The notes below the pieces were generated by a model, which saw only the letters and a program-made list of their open reading frames with translations, did not search any database and was not told where the DNA came from. Source: a bacterium (GTDB taxonomy: Bacteria; Sysuimicrobiota; Sysuimicrobiia; Sysuimicrobiales; Segetimicrobiaceae). Taken from it: a stretch of 64,000 bases of DNA. Positions within the stretch are counted from its first letter, which is position 1. The number at the start of each line of letters is the position of its first letter. This document shows, piece by piece, positions 1 to 10,044 of the stretch. The stretch covers positions 11,380-75,379 of the forward strand of contig DASSJF010000005.1 of NCBI GenBank assembly GCA_035691305.1. Direction: 5' to 3'. The position numbers were made by a program, and so were the translations under genes.

Positions 1-1
1 G

Positions 2-166
2 AGCAGGGCCGAGATCGGCGTGCAGATGCTGATGCACGAGGTGCATCACCGCGCGCAGGTCATGGCGATGCTGAGGCAGCTCGGCGTCGAGGCGCAGAAC
101 CTCGACTACATCGGTTTCGTCGCGCGGCGCGAAGAGTTTCCACGCGATTCGGCGCCGCGCGCGTAG
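2..166 (+). CDS. DinB/DUF664-family protein, C-terminal fragment (5' end outside window)
   Basis: Frame 2 reads ...QMLMHEVHHRAQVMAMLRQLGVEAQNLDYIGFVARR..., which carries the HxxHHRxQ signature of DinB/YfiT-like metalloproteins. Stop TAG at 164-166. Confidence 0.5.
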   Translation, partial: SRAEIGVQMLMHEVHHRAQVMAMLRQLGVEAQNLDYIGFVARREEFPRDSAPRA

Positions 167-182
167 CGGCGGCGCGACGTCC

Positions 183-2342
183 GTGATGGGGGCTGCGCAC
201 CGCTCTCCGCGCGCGTACCGTGTCGGACTGGACATCGGCGGCACGTTCACCGACCTGGTGCTGCTCGACGAAGCGACCGGCGAGCTGCGCCTCCACAAGA
301 TTCTCACCACGCCGGAGGACCCCGCCCGCGCCGCGCTCGCCGGCCTCGAGGAGATCTGCGCGGCGGTCGGAGCCGGCATCGCCGACGTCACCGTGCTCGT
401 GCACGGCACGACCCTCGTGACCAATGCGATCATCGAACGGCGGGGCGCGCGCACCGCGCTGCTGGCCACACGGGGCTTCCGCGATATTTTAGAGATGGGC
501 AAGGAGCAGCGCTACGACATCTACGACTTGTTCCTGCGCTTCCCCGAACCGCTGGTGTCCCGCCGCCGGCGTTTGGAGATTGACGAGCGGGTCGCCGCCG
601 ACGGCGACGTGCTCGCGCCGCTGGACCGCGAGGCCGTGCGGCTTCTCGCGGAGCGGCTCGCCGCGGACGGCGTCGAGGCGGTCGCGGTCTCGTTTCTGCA
701 CGCGTACCGCAACCCGGCAAACGAGCGCGCCGCGCTGGAAGCAATCCGGGCGGGCGCGCCGCGTCTCGCGGTGTCGCTCTCGAGCGACGTCGTGCCGGAG
801 ATTCGCGAGTACGAGCGCACGTGCGCGACGGTGTGCAACGCGTACGTGCAGCCGCTCCTCGACCGCTACGTGGGGCGCCTCGAGTCGACGCTCGCCGACC
901 GCGGCTTTCAGGGACGCTTCACGCTGATGCAGTCGACGGGCGGCGCCGCCTCCCCGGAGACCGCCCGGCGGTTCCCCATCCGGCTGCTCGAATCGGGCCC
1001 CGCGGGCGGCGCGCTCGTCGCCGCGTTCTTCGGCGGGCCGCTCGGGCTCCGCGACGTCGTCGGATTCGACATGGGCGGCACCACCGCGAAGATCTGCCTC
1101 ATCCGCGACGGGCGCGCGGCGATCGCGCCGGAGATGGAGGTGGCCCGCGTCCACCGCTTCAAGCGCGGCTCCGGCCTGCCGGTGACGGTGCCGACGGTGG
1201 ATATGATGGAGATCGGCGCGGGCGGCGGCTCGATCGCCTGGATCGACTCGCTCGGGCTGCTCAAGGTCGGCCCGCACAGCGCCGGCGCCGAGCCGGGACC
1301 GGCCTGCTACGGCCGCGGCGGGCAGGAGCCGACGGTGACCGACGCCTGCCTCGCGCTGGGGTACTTCGATGAAGCATCGTTTCTCGGCGGCACGATGCCG
1401 CTCGACCGGCCGGCGGCCACGGCCGCGCTCGAACGGCTCGGAGCGCCGCTGCGCCTCGACGCGGTCGCCGCCGCGTGGGGCATCCACCAGATCGTCGTGG
1501 AAAGCATGGCGGCCGCGGCCCGTGTCTACCTGATCGAGCGCGGCCAGGATCCCCGCCGGTTCGCGCTGATCGCGTTCGGGGGCGCCGGCCCGTCGCACGC
1601 CGCGCGCGTGGCGCGCATTCTCGGCATGGCCGAGGTCATCGTGCCGCCGGCCTCGGGCGTCGCCTCCGCGCTCGGTCTCCTAATCGCCCCGGTGAGCGTG
1701 GAACTTGTGCACTCCCTACCCGGACCGCTGGACGCTCTGCCCTGGGACCGCGTGGCGGAGCTCTACGCGGAGATGGAGGCGCAGGGCCTCGCGGCGCTCT
1801 CCGCCGCGGGCGTGGCTCCCGGCGCCGTCCTCCGTGAGCGGCGCGCGGAGATGCGCCTGCTCGGACAGTTCCACGACATCGAGGTATCGGTACCCGACGG
1901 CCCGCTCGGACCGGAGGTGGCGGGCCGTCTCGCCACGGCGTTCGAGGCGGAGTACCGGCGGCGCTACGGCGTCTTTCTCGCCGACCGGCCGATTCAGGCG
2001 CTCAACTGGCGCCTCACCGTCACCGGACCTCGACCCGACGTGCGGCTGCGGACGGGCGAACCCGGAGCGGCCGACGCCGGCACGGCGGTACGGAGCCGGC
2101 GGTCCGCGTATTTTCCCGAGACGGGCGGGTTCGTCGACGTACCGGTCTATGATCGCGGCCGATTGCGGCCGGGCATGCGGGCCGACGGACCGGCGATCAT
2201 CGAGGAACGCGAGGCCACCACGGTCGTCTGCCCGGGGGACGCGTTCGCGGTGGACGAGTCGGGCAATCTCCGCCTGACCGTCGCCCGCCAGACGCGGCAG
2301 CCCGCATCCGTTCGCGGAGGGCGTGTGCATGGTGCGGACTGA
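183..2342 (+). CDS. hyuA: hydantoinase/oxoprolinase family protein, A subunit (N-methylhydantoinase A-like)
   Basis: 719-aa ORF. N-terminal VGLDIGGTFTDLVLLD acetate/sugar-kinase-fold motif and overall HyuA/OplA architecture. GTG/ATG start. Confidence 0.9.
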   Translation: MMGAAHRSPRAYRVGLDIGGTFTDLVLLDEATGELRLHKILTTPEDPARAALAGLEEICAAVGAGIADVTVLVHGTTLVTNAIIERRGARTALLATRGFRDILEMGKEQRYDIYDLFLRFPEPLVSRRRRLEIDERVAADGDVLAPLDREAVRLLAERLAADGVEAVAVSFLHAYRNPANERAALEAIRAGAPRLAVSLSSDVVPEIREYERTCATVCNAYVQPLLDRYVGRLESTLADRGFQGRFTLMQSTGGAASPETARRFPIRLLESGPAGGALVAAFFGGPLGLRDVVGFDMGGTTAKICLIRDGRAAIAPEMEVARVHRFKRGSGLPVTVPTVDMMEIGAGGGSIAWIDSLGLLKVGPHSAGAEPGPACYGRGGQEPTVTDACLALGYFDEASFLGGTMPLDRPAATAALERLGAPLRLDAVAAAWGIHQIVVESMAAAARVYLIERGQDPRRFALIAFGGAGPSHAARVARILGMAEVIVPPASGVASALGLLIAPVSVELVHSLPGPLDALPWDRVAELYAEMEAQGLAALSAAGVAPGAVLRERRAEMRLLGQFHDIEVSVPDGPLGPEVAGRLATAFEAEYRRRYGVFLADRPIQALNWRLTVTGPRPDVRLRTGEPGAADAGTAVRSRRSAYFPETGGFVDVPVYDRGRLRPGMRADGPAIIEEREATTVVCPGDAFAVDESGNLRLTVARQTRQPASVRGGRVHGAD

Positions 2343-4047
2343 CACCACGCGGCCGCCCGCGGCCGGCGATTCGCCGTTCGACCCGATCTCGCTCGAGATC
2401 ATGTGGAGCCGCCTCATCAACATCGCGGAGGAATGCTGGATCACGATCCTCCGCACCGCGTTCAGCACGATCATCGGCGAGGCTCAGGACTTCGGCTGCG
2501 AAGTACTCGACGCGGACGCCGAATCGATCGCCCACTCGCCGCGGTCGATGCCGGTGTTCAACCTGTCGCTGCCGCTCGCGGTCCGCTATATGCTGCGCGC
2601 CTTCCCGAAGGAGACGCTGCGCGAAGGCGACGTGCTTGTAACCAACGACCCGTGGATGTGCGCCGGGCATCTGTACGACCTCGCCGTCGTGACGCCGATC
2701 TTCCGACGGGGGCGCCTGTGCGCGCTGATCGGATCGATCGCCCACGCCTCCGACATCGGCGGCACGCGCGACTCGCTGAACGCCCGTGAAATCTACGACG
2801 AGGGCCTGCAAATCCCGCCGCTCAAGCTGTACCGTGAAGGCGCCCTGAACGACGATCTGATGGCGATGATCGGCGCGAACGTCCGCCGGCCCGAGATGGT
2901 GCTCGGGGACGTACAGGCCCAGGTCTCGAGCAACCGGATCGGGGCGGACCGGCTGCTGGCGTTCATGGACGAGTACGGCCTCGACTCGCTCGCCGCGCTC
3001 GCGCACACCGTGCAGGCCCGCGCCGAGCAGGCGATGCGGGAAGCGATCCGCGCGGTGCCGGACGGCACCTACCGCAGCGAGGTGTGGTACGACGGCCTCG
3101 ACGAGCCCCTCCGCCTGCCCTGCGCCGTCACCGTCGCCGGGGACGAGATCACCGCCGACTTCACCGGCGCGCCGCCGCAGCTGCCGCGGGGCGGGATGAA
3201 CTGCACCTATCACTACACCGCCGCGCACACGACGTACGCGCTCAAATCGATCCTGACGCCCGAGATCCGGTCCAACGCGGGCTGCTACCGACCGTTTCAC
3301 GTCATCGCGCCCGAAGGCTCGGTCCTCAACTGCCGGCATCCCGCTTCGGTCAACGAACGCACGCATACCGGATGGTACCTCGGCCCCGCGGTCTTCCGGG
3401 CGCTCGCCGGTGTGCTCCCGGACCGCGTGCAGGCGTTTACCGGCCTGCCGATCGGAATGGGCAGCTACGGCCGCGACGTGGACGGGCGCGCGTTCAACGA
3501 CCATCTGTTCCAGGGGGGCGGCCAGGGCGCGAGCGCGCACGGGGACGGCAAGTCCGCGCTGCTGTATCCGACGTCGGCGGCCAACGTCTCGGTCGAGATG
3601 TTCGAGAGCCGGACCCCGCTCGTCGTGGAGTGCAAGGAGCTCATTGCTGATTCCGGCGGCCCCGGGCGGCACCGGGGCGGCCTGGGGCAGCGCGTCCGCA
3701 TCCATCTGCGCCGGCCGAGCCCCAGCCCGGTGCTGGTCGACTTCCGTCCGCACGGCATGCTCGTGTCTACCCCGGGTCTGCACGGCGGACAGCCGGGGCG
3801 TCGCGCCCGCGCGTTCGTCGTCGAAGACGGACAGGTGCGAGAGGCGAGCGCCACGGTCGGGGTCGCGGAGCTTCGCGGCACGACCGAGCGCGCGACGATC
3901 GAGATCGCCGGCGGCAGCGGCTTCGGAGATCCGACGGCCCGGCCGGCCGGGGAAATCCAGGCCGACCTGGACGACGGCTACGTCAGCGCGGAGGGTGCCG
4001 CCGCCTACGGCGCCGGCGTCGACCGCGACGGGAGGGTGCGACGGTGA
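2323..4047 (+). CDS. hyuB: hydantoinase B/oxoprolinase family protein (N-methylhydantoinase B-like)
   Basis: 574-aa ORF. DPISLEIMWSRLINIAEE...GEAQDFGCEV is typical of HyuB. Overlaps the hyuA 3' end, as usual for the A/B pair. Confidence 0.9.
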   Translation: MCMVRTDTTRPPAAGDSPFDPISLEIMWSRLINIAEECWITILRTAFSTIIGEAQDFGCEVLDADAESIAHSPRSMPVFNLSLPLAVRYMLRAFPKETLREGDVLVTNDPWMCAGHLYDLAVVTPIFRRGRLCALIGSIAHASDIGGTRDSLNAREIYDEGLQIPPLKLYREGALNDDLMAMIGANVRRPEMVLGDVQAQVSSNRIGADRLLAFMDEYGLDSLAALAHTVQARAEQAMREAIRAVPDGTYRSEVWYDGLDEPLRLPCAVTVAGDEITADFTGAPPQLPRGGMNCTYHYTAAHTTYALKSILTPEIRSNAGCYRPFHVIAPEGSVLNCRHPASVNERTHTGWYLGPAVFRALAGVLPDRVQAFTGLPIGMGSYGRDVDGRAFNDHLFQGGGQGASAHGDGKSALLYPTSAANVSVEMFESRTPLVVECKELIADSGGPGRHRGGLGQRVRIHLRRPSPSPVLVDFRPHGMLVSTPGLHGGQPGRRARAFVVEDGQVREASATVGVAELRGTTERATIEIAGGSGFGDPTARPAGEIQADLDDGYVSAEGAAAYGAGVDRDGRVRR

Positions 4048-4553
4048 GCGACAGCGGCAGGGTTGGGCTCGGCGAAGTCGTCGTGAACCACATCCACACG
4101 ACCCTGGAAGACGAGGAGTGGCAGTGGCAGCCGCCGCTCCGCGGCGCGGTGCGCGGGCTGACCGCCGCCGAGGCCGCGTGGAAACCCTCCCCCGAGCGCC
4201 ATTCGATCTGGCAGATCGTCCGTCACCTCACGCTCTGGAAGCGCGGCGTACTCGCCGCGTGGAACGGCGATCCGCCGGACGGCCGAGAGCTTGCCGCCGC
4301 CGATTGGCGCGACGTGAGCGGCGGGGACGCGGCCTGGGACCGGGACCGCCGCGAGCTGCTCCAGGTCTCGGAAGAGTTCCTCACGCGGGCGCAGACCGCG
4401 GACGACGCGGCGCTCTCGAAGCAGATCACCTGGTACAGGGGCGGACCGGCGCAGCCGCTGGCGATGCGCCTGATCCGGACGACCACCCACGACATCTATC
4501 ACGCGGGTCAGATCATGTACCTGCGCGCCCTCCAGGGCATCGGCAAGCGCTGA
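4044..4553 (+). CDS. DinB_2/DUF664-like damage-inducible family protein
   Basis: 169 aa. C-terminal THDIYHAGQIMYL resembles the DinB-family His motif. GTG start overlaps the hyuB stop (GTGA). Confidence 0.55.
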   Translation: MSDSGRVGLGEVVVNHIHTTLEDEEWQWQPPLRGAVRGLTAAEAAWKPSPERHSIWQIVRHLTLWKRGVLAAWNGDPPDGRELAAADWRDVSGGDAAWDRDRRELLQVSEEFLTRAQTADDAALSKQITWYRGGPAQPLAMRLIRTTTHDIYHAGQIMYLRALQGIGKR

Positions 4554-4593
4554 ACCCCGAGCGCCGAGACCAAGGACGCCAACGCCGAAAGGC

Positions 4594-6576
4594 CTACTCC
4601 CCAACCGGCACGTACCGCCCGAGCCAGTCGACCACGCGTCGCACGACGTCGATGCGGTGGCTCGGACGCCCCTGCTGCCGGAAGCTGTGGCTCTGCCCGG
4701 GATACCGCACGAACTCCGCCGGCGCCCGCCCGGCCGCGACGAGCCCGACGAACAACTCCTCTCCCTGCCCGATCGGACAGCGGTCGTCGGCTTCTCCGTG
4801 CACGATCAGCGTGGGCGTGGTTACCCGCTCCACGTAGTTGATCGGCGAGAGACGGCGGTACGTCTCCCGGTTCGTGACCAAGTCGCCCCGCATCTCCCAT
4901 GCGCCGAACCACAGCCCGATGTCCGAAGTCCCGTGGAAGCTTTCCAGGTTGACGACGGGCGCGCCGACCACGGCGGCCTTGAACCGGTCGGTGTGCGTGA
5001 TCGTCCATGAGGTCATGAACCCGCCGTACGAGTAGCCCGAGACCGCGAGCCGCGCGGCGTCGGCGGTGCCGTCGGCGACCAGCGCATCGACCGCGGCGAG
5101 CTGCTCGGGAAGATCGCGTTCTCCCCATACGCCTCGGATGCCGTGGGCGAACGATTTCGTGTACGAGCCGGACCCTACGGGGTTCAGCTGGAGTACAGCC
5201 CATCCCCGCGACGCGAGGATGTACGTGTGCCACAGCCCCGACGGAAACGACGGTCCCGCATAGCTGGCCGGCCCGCCGTGGATTTCTACGAGCAGCGGCG
5301 CCGGCCGTCGGCCGTCGACCGGGTGCGTCACCCAGCCGTCGAGCTCACCGCCGTTCGGGCTGGAGAAGCGGCGGTGCTCCACTCTCGGCAGCGCGATCTC
5401 GCCGAGCCACGCGTCGTTGACCCGGGTGAGCCGTCGTTCGGCCGAGCCGCCGGCCTCGCAGACAAAGAGGTCGGCCGGGATCGCCGGGGCGGAGGCGGTG
5501 AACGCCAGGCGGCCCGCGGCTTCGGTCACGGTCTGGACCTGCCGGTCGCCGCCCACGACGGTCGTGACCGCGCCGTCCGCCGCCGCAACACGCACGACGT
5601 GAGCGCGGCCCCCGCCGGCCGCCAGAAACGTCACGGCACGCCCGTCCCGCGACCAGATCGGAGGCGGGGAGAGTTCCAGCGGCCGGGCAAGGACCGCGGC
5701 GCGATCATACCCCCCGGTGAGACAGCGCGCCGCGCCGCCCGCCGCGGGCACGAGCCACAGCCGCACCATCGGATCGCCGAACCCCGCCTCTTGCTCGTCG
5801 TGGCCCAAGCACGCGATCCACGCGCCGTCGGGCGACCATGCCGGCGCAACCGCCCGGCCGATCTCACGCGTCAGCTGCCGCGGAGGGCCGCCGCCCGCGT
5901 CCACCGTCCACAGATCGAAGAGGCTGTAGTCACCCGCGCCCGCCCGGGCACGGATGAACGCGAGCCGCCCGCCGTCGGGCGACCACGCGGGGCTTCCATG
6001 CTCGACGTCCTCGTCGGTCAGTTGCGCGACCCGGCCGTCGGCGAGCGCGAGCACAAACAACTGATGGCGGCGCCAAAACGTGTAGCCGGTGCCGTCGGCC
6101 TTGTACTGCGCACGCGTGACCACCCGCGGGCGGGGCGCGACTGCGGCGCCGTCCGCATTGCCCGCGCGGACGGCGGGCGTATCCACCTCTGCGCGGAACG
6201 CGATGCGGCTTCCGTCCGGCGCCCACACCGCGGCCCCGGCGCCGTGCGGAAGCGACGTGACGCGGCGGGGCTCACCGCCGCCGAGCGGCAGGAGGTGCAG
6301 CTGATTCGTGCCGTCGCGATCCGATAAGAAGGCGAGCGTCCGGCCGTCCGGCGACCATCGCGGCGCGCTGTCGCGCCGGCCGCCCCGCGTCAACTGCACC
6401 GGCTCGCCCCCGCCCGATGCGGCGAGCCAGATCGTCGACCGGTACTCGTCCGCGCGGAGGTCGATTTCGGTGCGAACAAACGCGACCGTCTCACCGTCCG
6501 GCGACAGCTGCGCGTCGGACACGGTCACGAGGTGGGCAATGTCCTCCGGACGCGGGGCCCGTTGTTGGACAGACAT
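4594..6576 (-). CDS. S9 family peptidase (prolyl oligopeptidase/acylaminoacyl-peptidase type; N-terminal beta-propeller plus alpha/beta hydrolase)
   Basis: 660 aa. Repeated SPDG/WSPDG propeller motifs. C-terminal GYSYGG nucleophile elbow and HGEADDRCP acid/His region. Confidence 0.85.
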   Translation of the reverse strand: MSVQQRAPRPEDIAHLVTVSDAQLSPDGETVAFVRTEIDLRADEYRSTIWLAASGGGEPVQLTRGGRRDSAPRWSPDGRTLAFLSDRDGTNQLHLLPLGGGEPRRVTSLPHGAGAAVWAPDGSRIAFRAEVDTPAVRAGNADGAAVAPRPRVVTRAQYKADGTGYTFWRRHQLFVLALADGRVAQLTDEDVEHGSPAWSPDGGRLAFIRARAGAGDYSLFDLWTVDAGGGPPRQLTREIGRAVAPAWSPDGAWIACLGHDEQEAGFGDPMVRLWLVPAAGGAARCLTGGYDRAAVLARPLELSPPPIWSRDGRAVTFLAAGGGRAHVVRVAAADGAVTTVVGGDRQVQTVTEAAGRLAFTASAPAIPADLFVCEAGGSAERRLTRVNDAWLGEIALPRVEHRRFSSPNGGELDGWVTHPVDGRRPAPLLVEIHGGPASYAGPSFPSGLWHTYILASRGWAVLQLNPVGSGSYTKSFAHGIRGVWGERDLPEQLAAVDALVADGTADAARLAVSGYSYGGFMTSWTITHTDRFKAAVVGAPVVNLESFHGTSDIGLWFGAWEMRGDLVTNRETYRRLSPINYVERVTTPTLIVHGEADDRCPIGQGEELFVGLVAAGRAPAEFVRYPGQSHSFRQQGRPSHRIDVVRRVVDWLGRYVPVGE

Positions 6577-6619
6577 GCGTGTGCCTCCCGGACTGAGAGC
6601 GATGGCTGAGTAGGGTTAC

Positions 6620-6634
6620 GGTCCGGGCCGGACC
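6620..6634. promoter_or_regulatory. 15-bp palindrome GGTCCGGGCCGGACC in divergent promoter region (S9 peptidase <-> pgi)
   Basis: Perfect inverted repeat GGTCCGG-G-CCGGACC read from the sequence. A second short inverted repeat, GCGAC-GCC-GTCGC, lies at about 6643-6655. Confidence 0.3.
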
Positions 6635-6763
6635 CGATCCTGGCGACGCCGTCGCATACCGACGGCTACTCCCCGTAAGGGGCGGCGTGATAGGACACAC
6701 GGAAACGGGAACGAACACCACCGAGAGTCCCAACCACCGCACGTCACCATCTGAGGACGACTC

Positions 6764-8485
6764 ATGACCGTCCCGCTCGTCGTTTCAGCGTCGCCTGAGT
6801 ACCTCGCCGCCGTCGCGGAACGGCTCGAGGCGCTGGCCCGTGACCGTTTTGTGCCGCGGCTGTGGACGGGAGATCCCGCGCTCTGGACGGCCGATCCCGC
6901 CGGGCAGGCCGCGGTGCGCGCCGGCCTCGGGTGGCTGCGCGCGCCCGAAGCCATGACGCGGGCGGTCGCCGGCTTGGAACGCTTCCGAGCGGATCTGCGC
7001 GGGGCGGGATACGGGCAGGTGCTGCACATGGGGATGGGCGGCAGCAGCCTCGCGCCGCTCGTCTTCGAGCGGACGTTTCCGGAAGGGCAGGAGCTGCGGC
7101 TCTCGGTGCTCGACACCACGGACCCCGCGACGATCCTGGCCGCGGACCGGTGGGCCGCGCGCGGGTCGACGCTGTTCATCGTGGCCAGCAAGTCCGGCAC
7201 GACCGCCGAGCCGCTCGCCTTCGGCGAGTACTTCTACGCGAAGCGGCAGGCGGCGGCGGGCGATGTCGCGGCGCAGGACTTCGCCGTGATCACGGATGCC
7301 GGCACCCCGCTCGCCGCGCTGGCGGACCGGCGCGGATACCGTCGCGTCTTCACCAACGCAACCGACGTCGGCGGACGCTATTCGGCGTTGACGTACTTCG
7401 GGCTGGTGCCGGCGGCCCTGGCCGGGATCGACGTGAAGGACCTGCTCGACCGCGCCGGGCGGATGGCCGGCGCGTGCGGTCCCGAAGTCCCGCCGGCCCA
7501 GAATCCGGGCGTCCACCTCGGAGCGGTCATGGGAGAGCTCGCGCGGCGCGGCCGCGATAAGGTGACGTTCATCGTCTCGAGATCCGTCGCGACCCTCGGC
7601 ACCTGGCTCGAGCAGCTGCTCGCCGAGAGCACCGGCAAGAACGGGACCGGCCTCCTCCCCGTCGCCGACGAGGCGGTCGGCGGCCCCGACGCGTACGGAT
7701 CGGACCGGCTGTTCGTCGAGGTCCGCCGCCGGGGCGAGACCGGCGGCCCGGTCGAGGATCGGATCCGCGCGCTTCGCAGCGCGATGCACCCGATCGTGAC
7801 CGTCGAAATGGACGACACGCTCGACCTCGGGCAGGAATTCTTCCGGTGGGAGGTCGCGACGGCGACCGCGGGCGCGATCCTCGGCATCAATGCCTTCGAC
7901 CAACCGAACGTGCAGGAAGCCAAGGACATCACGAACCGGCTGCTGGATACGGTGCGGCGCGACGGGCGCCTCCCCGAGCCGGCCCCAACGCATACCGACG
8001 GTCCGCTCGCGCTGTACGCGGCCGGCGCCGGCGGCAGCCTCGCCGGTGCTCTCGCGGAGTTCCTTCGCGGGCGCCGGCCGGGCGACTACATCGCGATCCT
8101 GGCCTACCTCACCGAGTCCCCGGAGACCGAGCGCGGGCTCCAGGCGATCCGCCACCGGCTGCGCGACGCCACGCGCCTCGCAACGACGCTCGGGTACGGA
8201 CCGCGCTACCTCCATTCCACCGGCCAATACCATAAGGGCGGCCCGCCGACGGGCCTCTTCCTACTCCTCACGGCCGACGACGCGCACGACGCCCCGGTGC
8301 CGGCGCAGCCGTACACGTTTGGAGTGTTCAAACGCGCGCAGGCGCTGGGGGACCTCGAGGCGCTGCGCGGGCACGGGCGGCGCGTCATACGGATTCATCT
8401 GCGCGGGCCGGTGGACGCGGCGCTCGCCCGCCTGGAGGACGTGACGGCGGCCGCGCTCGCCGCCGGCGGTTCCAAGGTCACGTGA
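6764..8485 (+). CDS. pgi: glucose-6-phosphate isomerase
   Basis: 573 aa. HMGMGGSSLAP and SKSGTTAEP sugar-isomerase motifs. Directly upstream of zwf and coupled to it. Confidence 0.8.
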   Translation: MTVPLVVSASPEYLAAVAERLEALARDRFVPRLWTGDPALWTADPAGQAAVRAGLGWLRAPEAMTRAVAGLERFRADLRGAGYGQVLHMGMGGSSLAPLVFERTFPEGQELRLSVLDTTDPATILAADRWAARGSTLFIVASKSGTTAEPLAFGEYFYAKRQAAAGDVAAQDFAVITDAGTPLAALADRRGYRRVFTNATDVGGRYSALTYFGLVPAALAGIDVKDLLDRAGRMAGACGPEVPPAQNPGVHLGAVMGELARRGRDKVTFIVSRSVATLGTWLEQLLAESTGKNGTGLLPVADEAVGGPDAYGSDRLFVEVRRRGETGGPVEDRIRALRSAMHPIVTVEMDDTLDLGQEFFRWEVATATAGAILGINAFDQPNVQEAKDITNRLLDTVRRDGRLPEPAPTHTDGPLALYAAGAGGSLAGALAEFLRGRRPGDYIAILAYLTESPETERGLQAIRHRLRDATRLATTLGYGPRYLHSTGQYHKGGPPTGLFLLLTADDAHDAPVPAQPYTFGVFKRAQALGDLEALRGHGRRVIRIHLRGPVDAALARLEDVTAAALAAGGSKVT

Positions 8486-10044
8486 GCCCGGATCGCGCGC
8501 GGCCCGGGGACGCCTCGAACGAGCACGGCAGGAGCGCGCGAACGCGACCGGGTCCCACGACTCTCGTCGTCGTCGGCGCGGGCGGCGACCTCGCCGCGCG
8601 CAAACTGCTGCCGGCGGTCTATAACCTGTCGGTCGACGGATGGCTGCCCGACCGCTTCGCGGTGATCGGCGTCGACCGCCACTTGGCAGGCGACGCCGCG
8701 TTCCGGCGCCATGCCCTCGAGGCCGTCGACCGCTTCTCCCGGCGCGGGAAGACCGACCCGGCGCGCTGGGACGCCCTGGCCGCGTCGCTCCGGTGCCTTC
8801 GCGGGGACCTCTCCACGCACGGAACCGCACGCGCGCTCGCCGCGGCCCTCGCCGAGGCGGAGCGGCAGTCGAACGCGCCCGCGGTGCGCGTCTTCTATCT
8901 CGCCACGCCCCCGTCGGCGGTGGAGTCGATCGTGAAGGCGCTCGGCGCGGCCGGCCTCGCCGGCGATCGGGCGCGGCTCGTGGTGGAGAAACCGTTCGGT
9001 CGGGACCTCGCGTCGGCCCGTGCGCTTGCCGCGGCCATCGGCCGCGTATTTGCCGAGCGGCAGATCTTTCGAATCGATCACTATCTCGGCAAGGAGACGG
9101 TGCAGAACATCCTCGCGCTCCGGTTCGGCAACGCGCTCTACGAGCCGGTGTGGAACCGGCGGTACGTCGACCACGTCGAGATCACCGTCGCCGAGACGGG
9201 CGGCGTCGAGCACCGCGGCGCCTACTACGATCGGGCGGGCGCGCTCCGCGACATGGTACAGAACCACCTCATGCAGATCCTGTGCCTCATCGCGATGGAA
9301 CCGCCGGTGTCGTTCGACGCGGACGAGATCCGGAACAAGAAGACGGACGTGTTGCGCGCGGTGCGGCCGCTCACCGGCGAAATCGAGACGACGGCCGTCC
9401 GCGGCCAGTACGGGCCGGGCACCGTCGCCGGCGGGCCGGTGGCGGGGTATCGGGCGGAACCCGGCATCGTGCCCGACTCGATCACCGAGACGTTCGCGGC
9501 GCTGCGCCTCTTCGTGGACAACTGGCGGTGGAACGGCGTCCCCTTTTATCTCCGCACCGGCAAGCGGCTCGCGGTCAAGGCGACCGAGGCGCTGATCCAG
9601 TTCCAACCGGGACCGCACCTGCCGTTTCCGCCGGACGCCGCCGCCCACTGGCGACCGAATCAACTGGTCGTGCGGATCCAGCCCAACGAGGGCATCGCTC
9701 TGCGGTTTCAGGCGAAGCGGCCGGGCCCCGTGATGCACCTCGACGAGGCGAACATGGATTTCGATTACTGCCGGGAGTTCGGCGGCGAGCCGCCGGAGGC
9801 GTACGAGACGCTGCTGCTCGATGTGATGTGGGACGACCCGACGCTGTTCATGCGCGCCGACCAGATCGAGGCGTCGTGGTCGATCGTCCAGCCGCTCCTC
9901 GACGCGTGGCGGTCGGCACCGGCGGACGGCCTGCCGATGTACGCCGCGGGCACGTGGGGGCCGGACGCCGCCGAGGCGCTCCCCCGGCGCGACGGCAGGA
10001 CGTGGCAGGTACCGAGCGTCGCGGAGCCGGCCCGTGGAGCTTGA
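8482..10044 (+). CDS. zwf: glucose-6-phosphate 1-dehydrogenase
   Basis: 520 aa. GAGGDLAARKLLPAVYNL NADP-binding motif, RIDHYLGKE active-site motif and NHLMQIL. GTG start overlaps the pgi stop (GTGA). Confidence 0.9.
   Translation: MSPDRARPGDASNEHGRSARTRPGPTTLVVVGAGGDLAARKLLPAVYNLSVDGWLPDRFAVIGVDRHLAGDAAFRRHALEAVDRFSRRGKTDPARWDALAASLRCLRGDLSTHGTARALAAALAEAERQSNAPAVRVFYLATPPSAVESIVKALGAAGLAGDRARLVVEKPFGRDLASARALAAAIGRVFAERQIFRIDHYLGKETVQNILALRFGNALYEPVWNRRYVDHVEITVAETGGVEHRGAYYDRAGALRDMVQNHLMQILCLIAMEPPVSFDADEIRNKKTDVLRAVRPLTGEIETTAVRGQYGPGTVAGGPVAGYRAEPGIVPDSITETFAALRLFVDNWRWNGVPFYLRTGKRLAVKATEALIQFQPGPHLPFPPDAAAHWRPNQLVVRIQPNEGIALRFQAKRPGPVMHLDEANMDFDYCREFGGEPPEAYETLLLDVMWDDPTLFMRADQIEASWSIVQPLLDAWRSAPADGLPMYAAGTWGPDAAEALPRRDGRTWQVPSVAEPARGA

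Noticed and set aside
489-1598. 369-aa minus-strand ORF, and similar long ORFs at 2197..3783(-), 3410..4837(+), 8395..10143(-), 8640..10457(+), 14085..15803(+), 19082..20473(-), 18844..20892(+), 22957..24180(+), 26336..27568(+), 29278..31620(+), 31263..33833(+), 36323..38164(-), 57882..60035(+), 60803..62362(+), 62403..63656(+)
   Set aside because: These are antisense or alternate-frame to well-supported genes and extremely Arg/Ala/Pro/Gly-rich low-complexity, which is the usual stop-codon-poor artefact of roughly 70%-GC DNA. They have no recognisable motifs. The only real coding parts are the short in-frame segments already assigned: the lipoprotein at 20488..20892, the response regulator at 38170..38856 and the NIPSNAP protein at 59718..60035.
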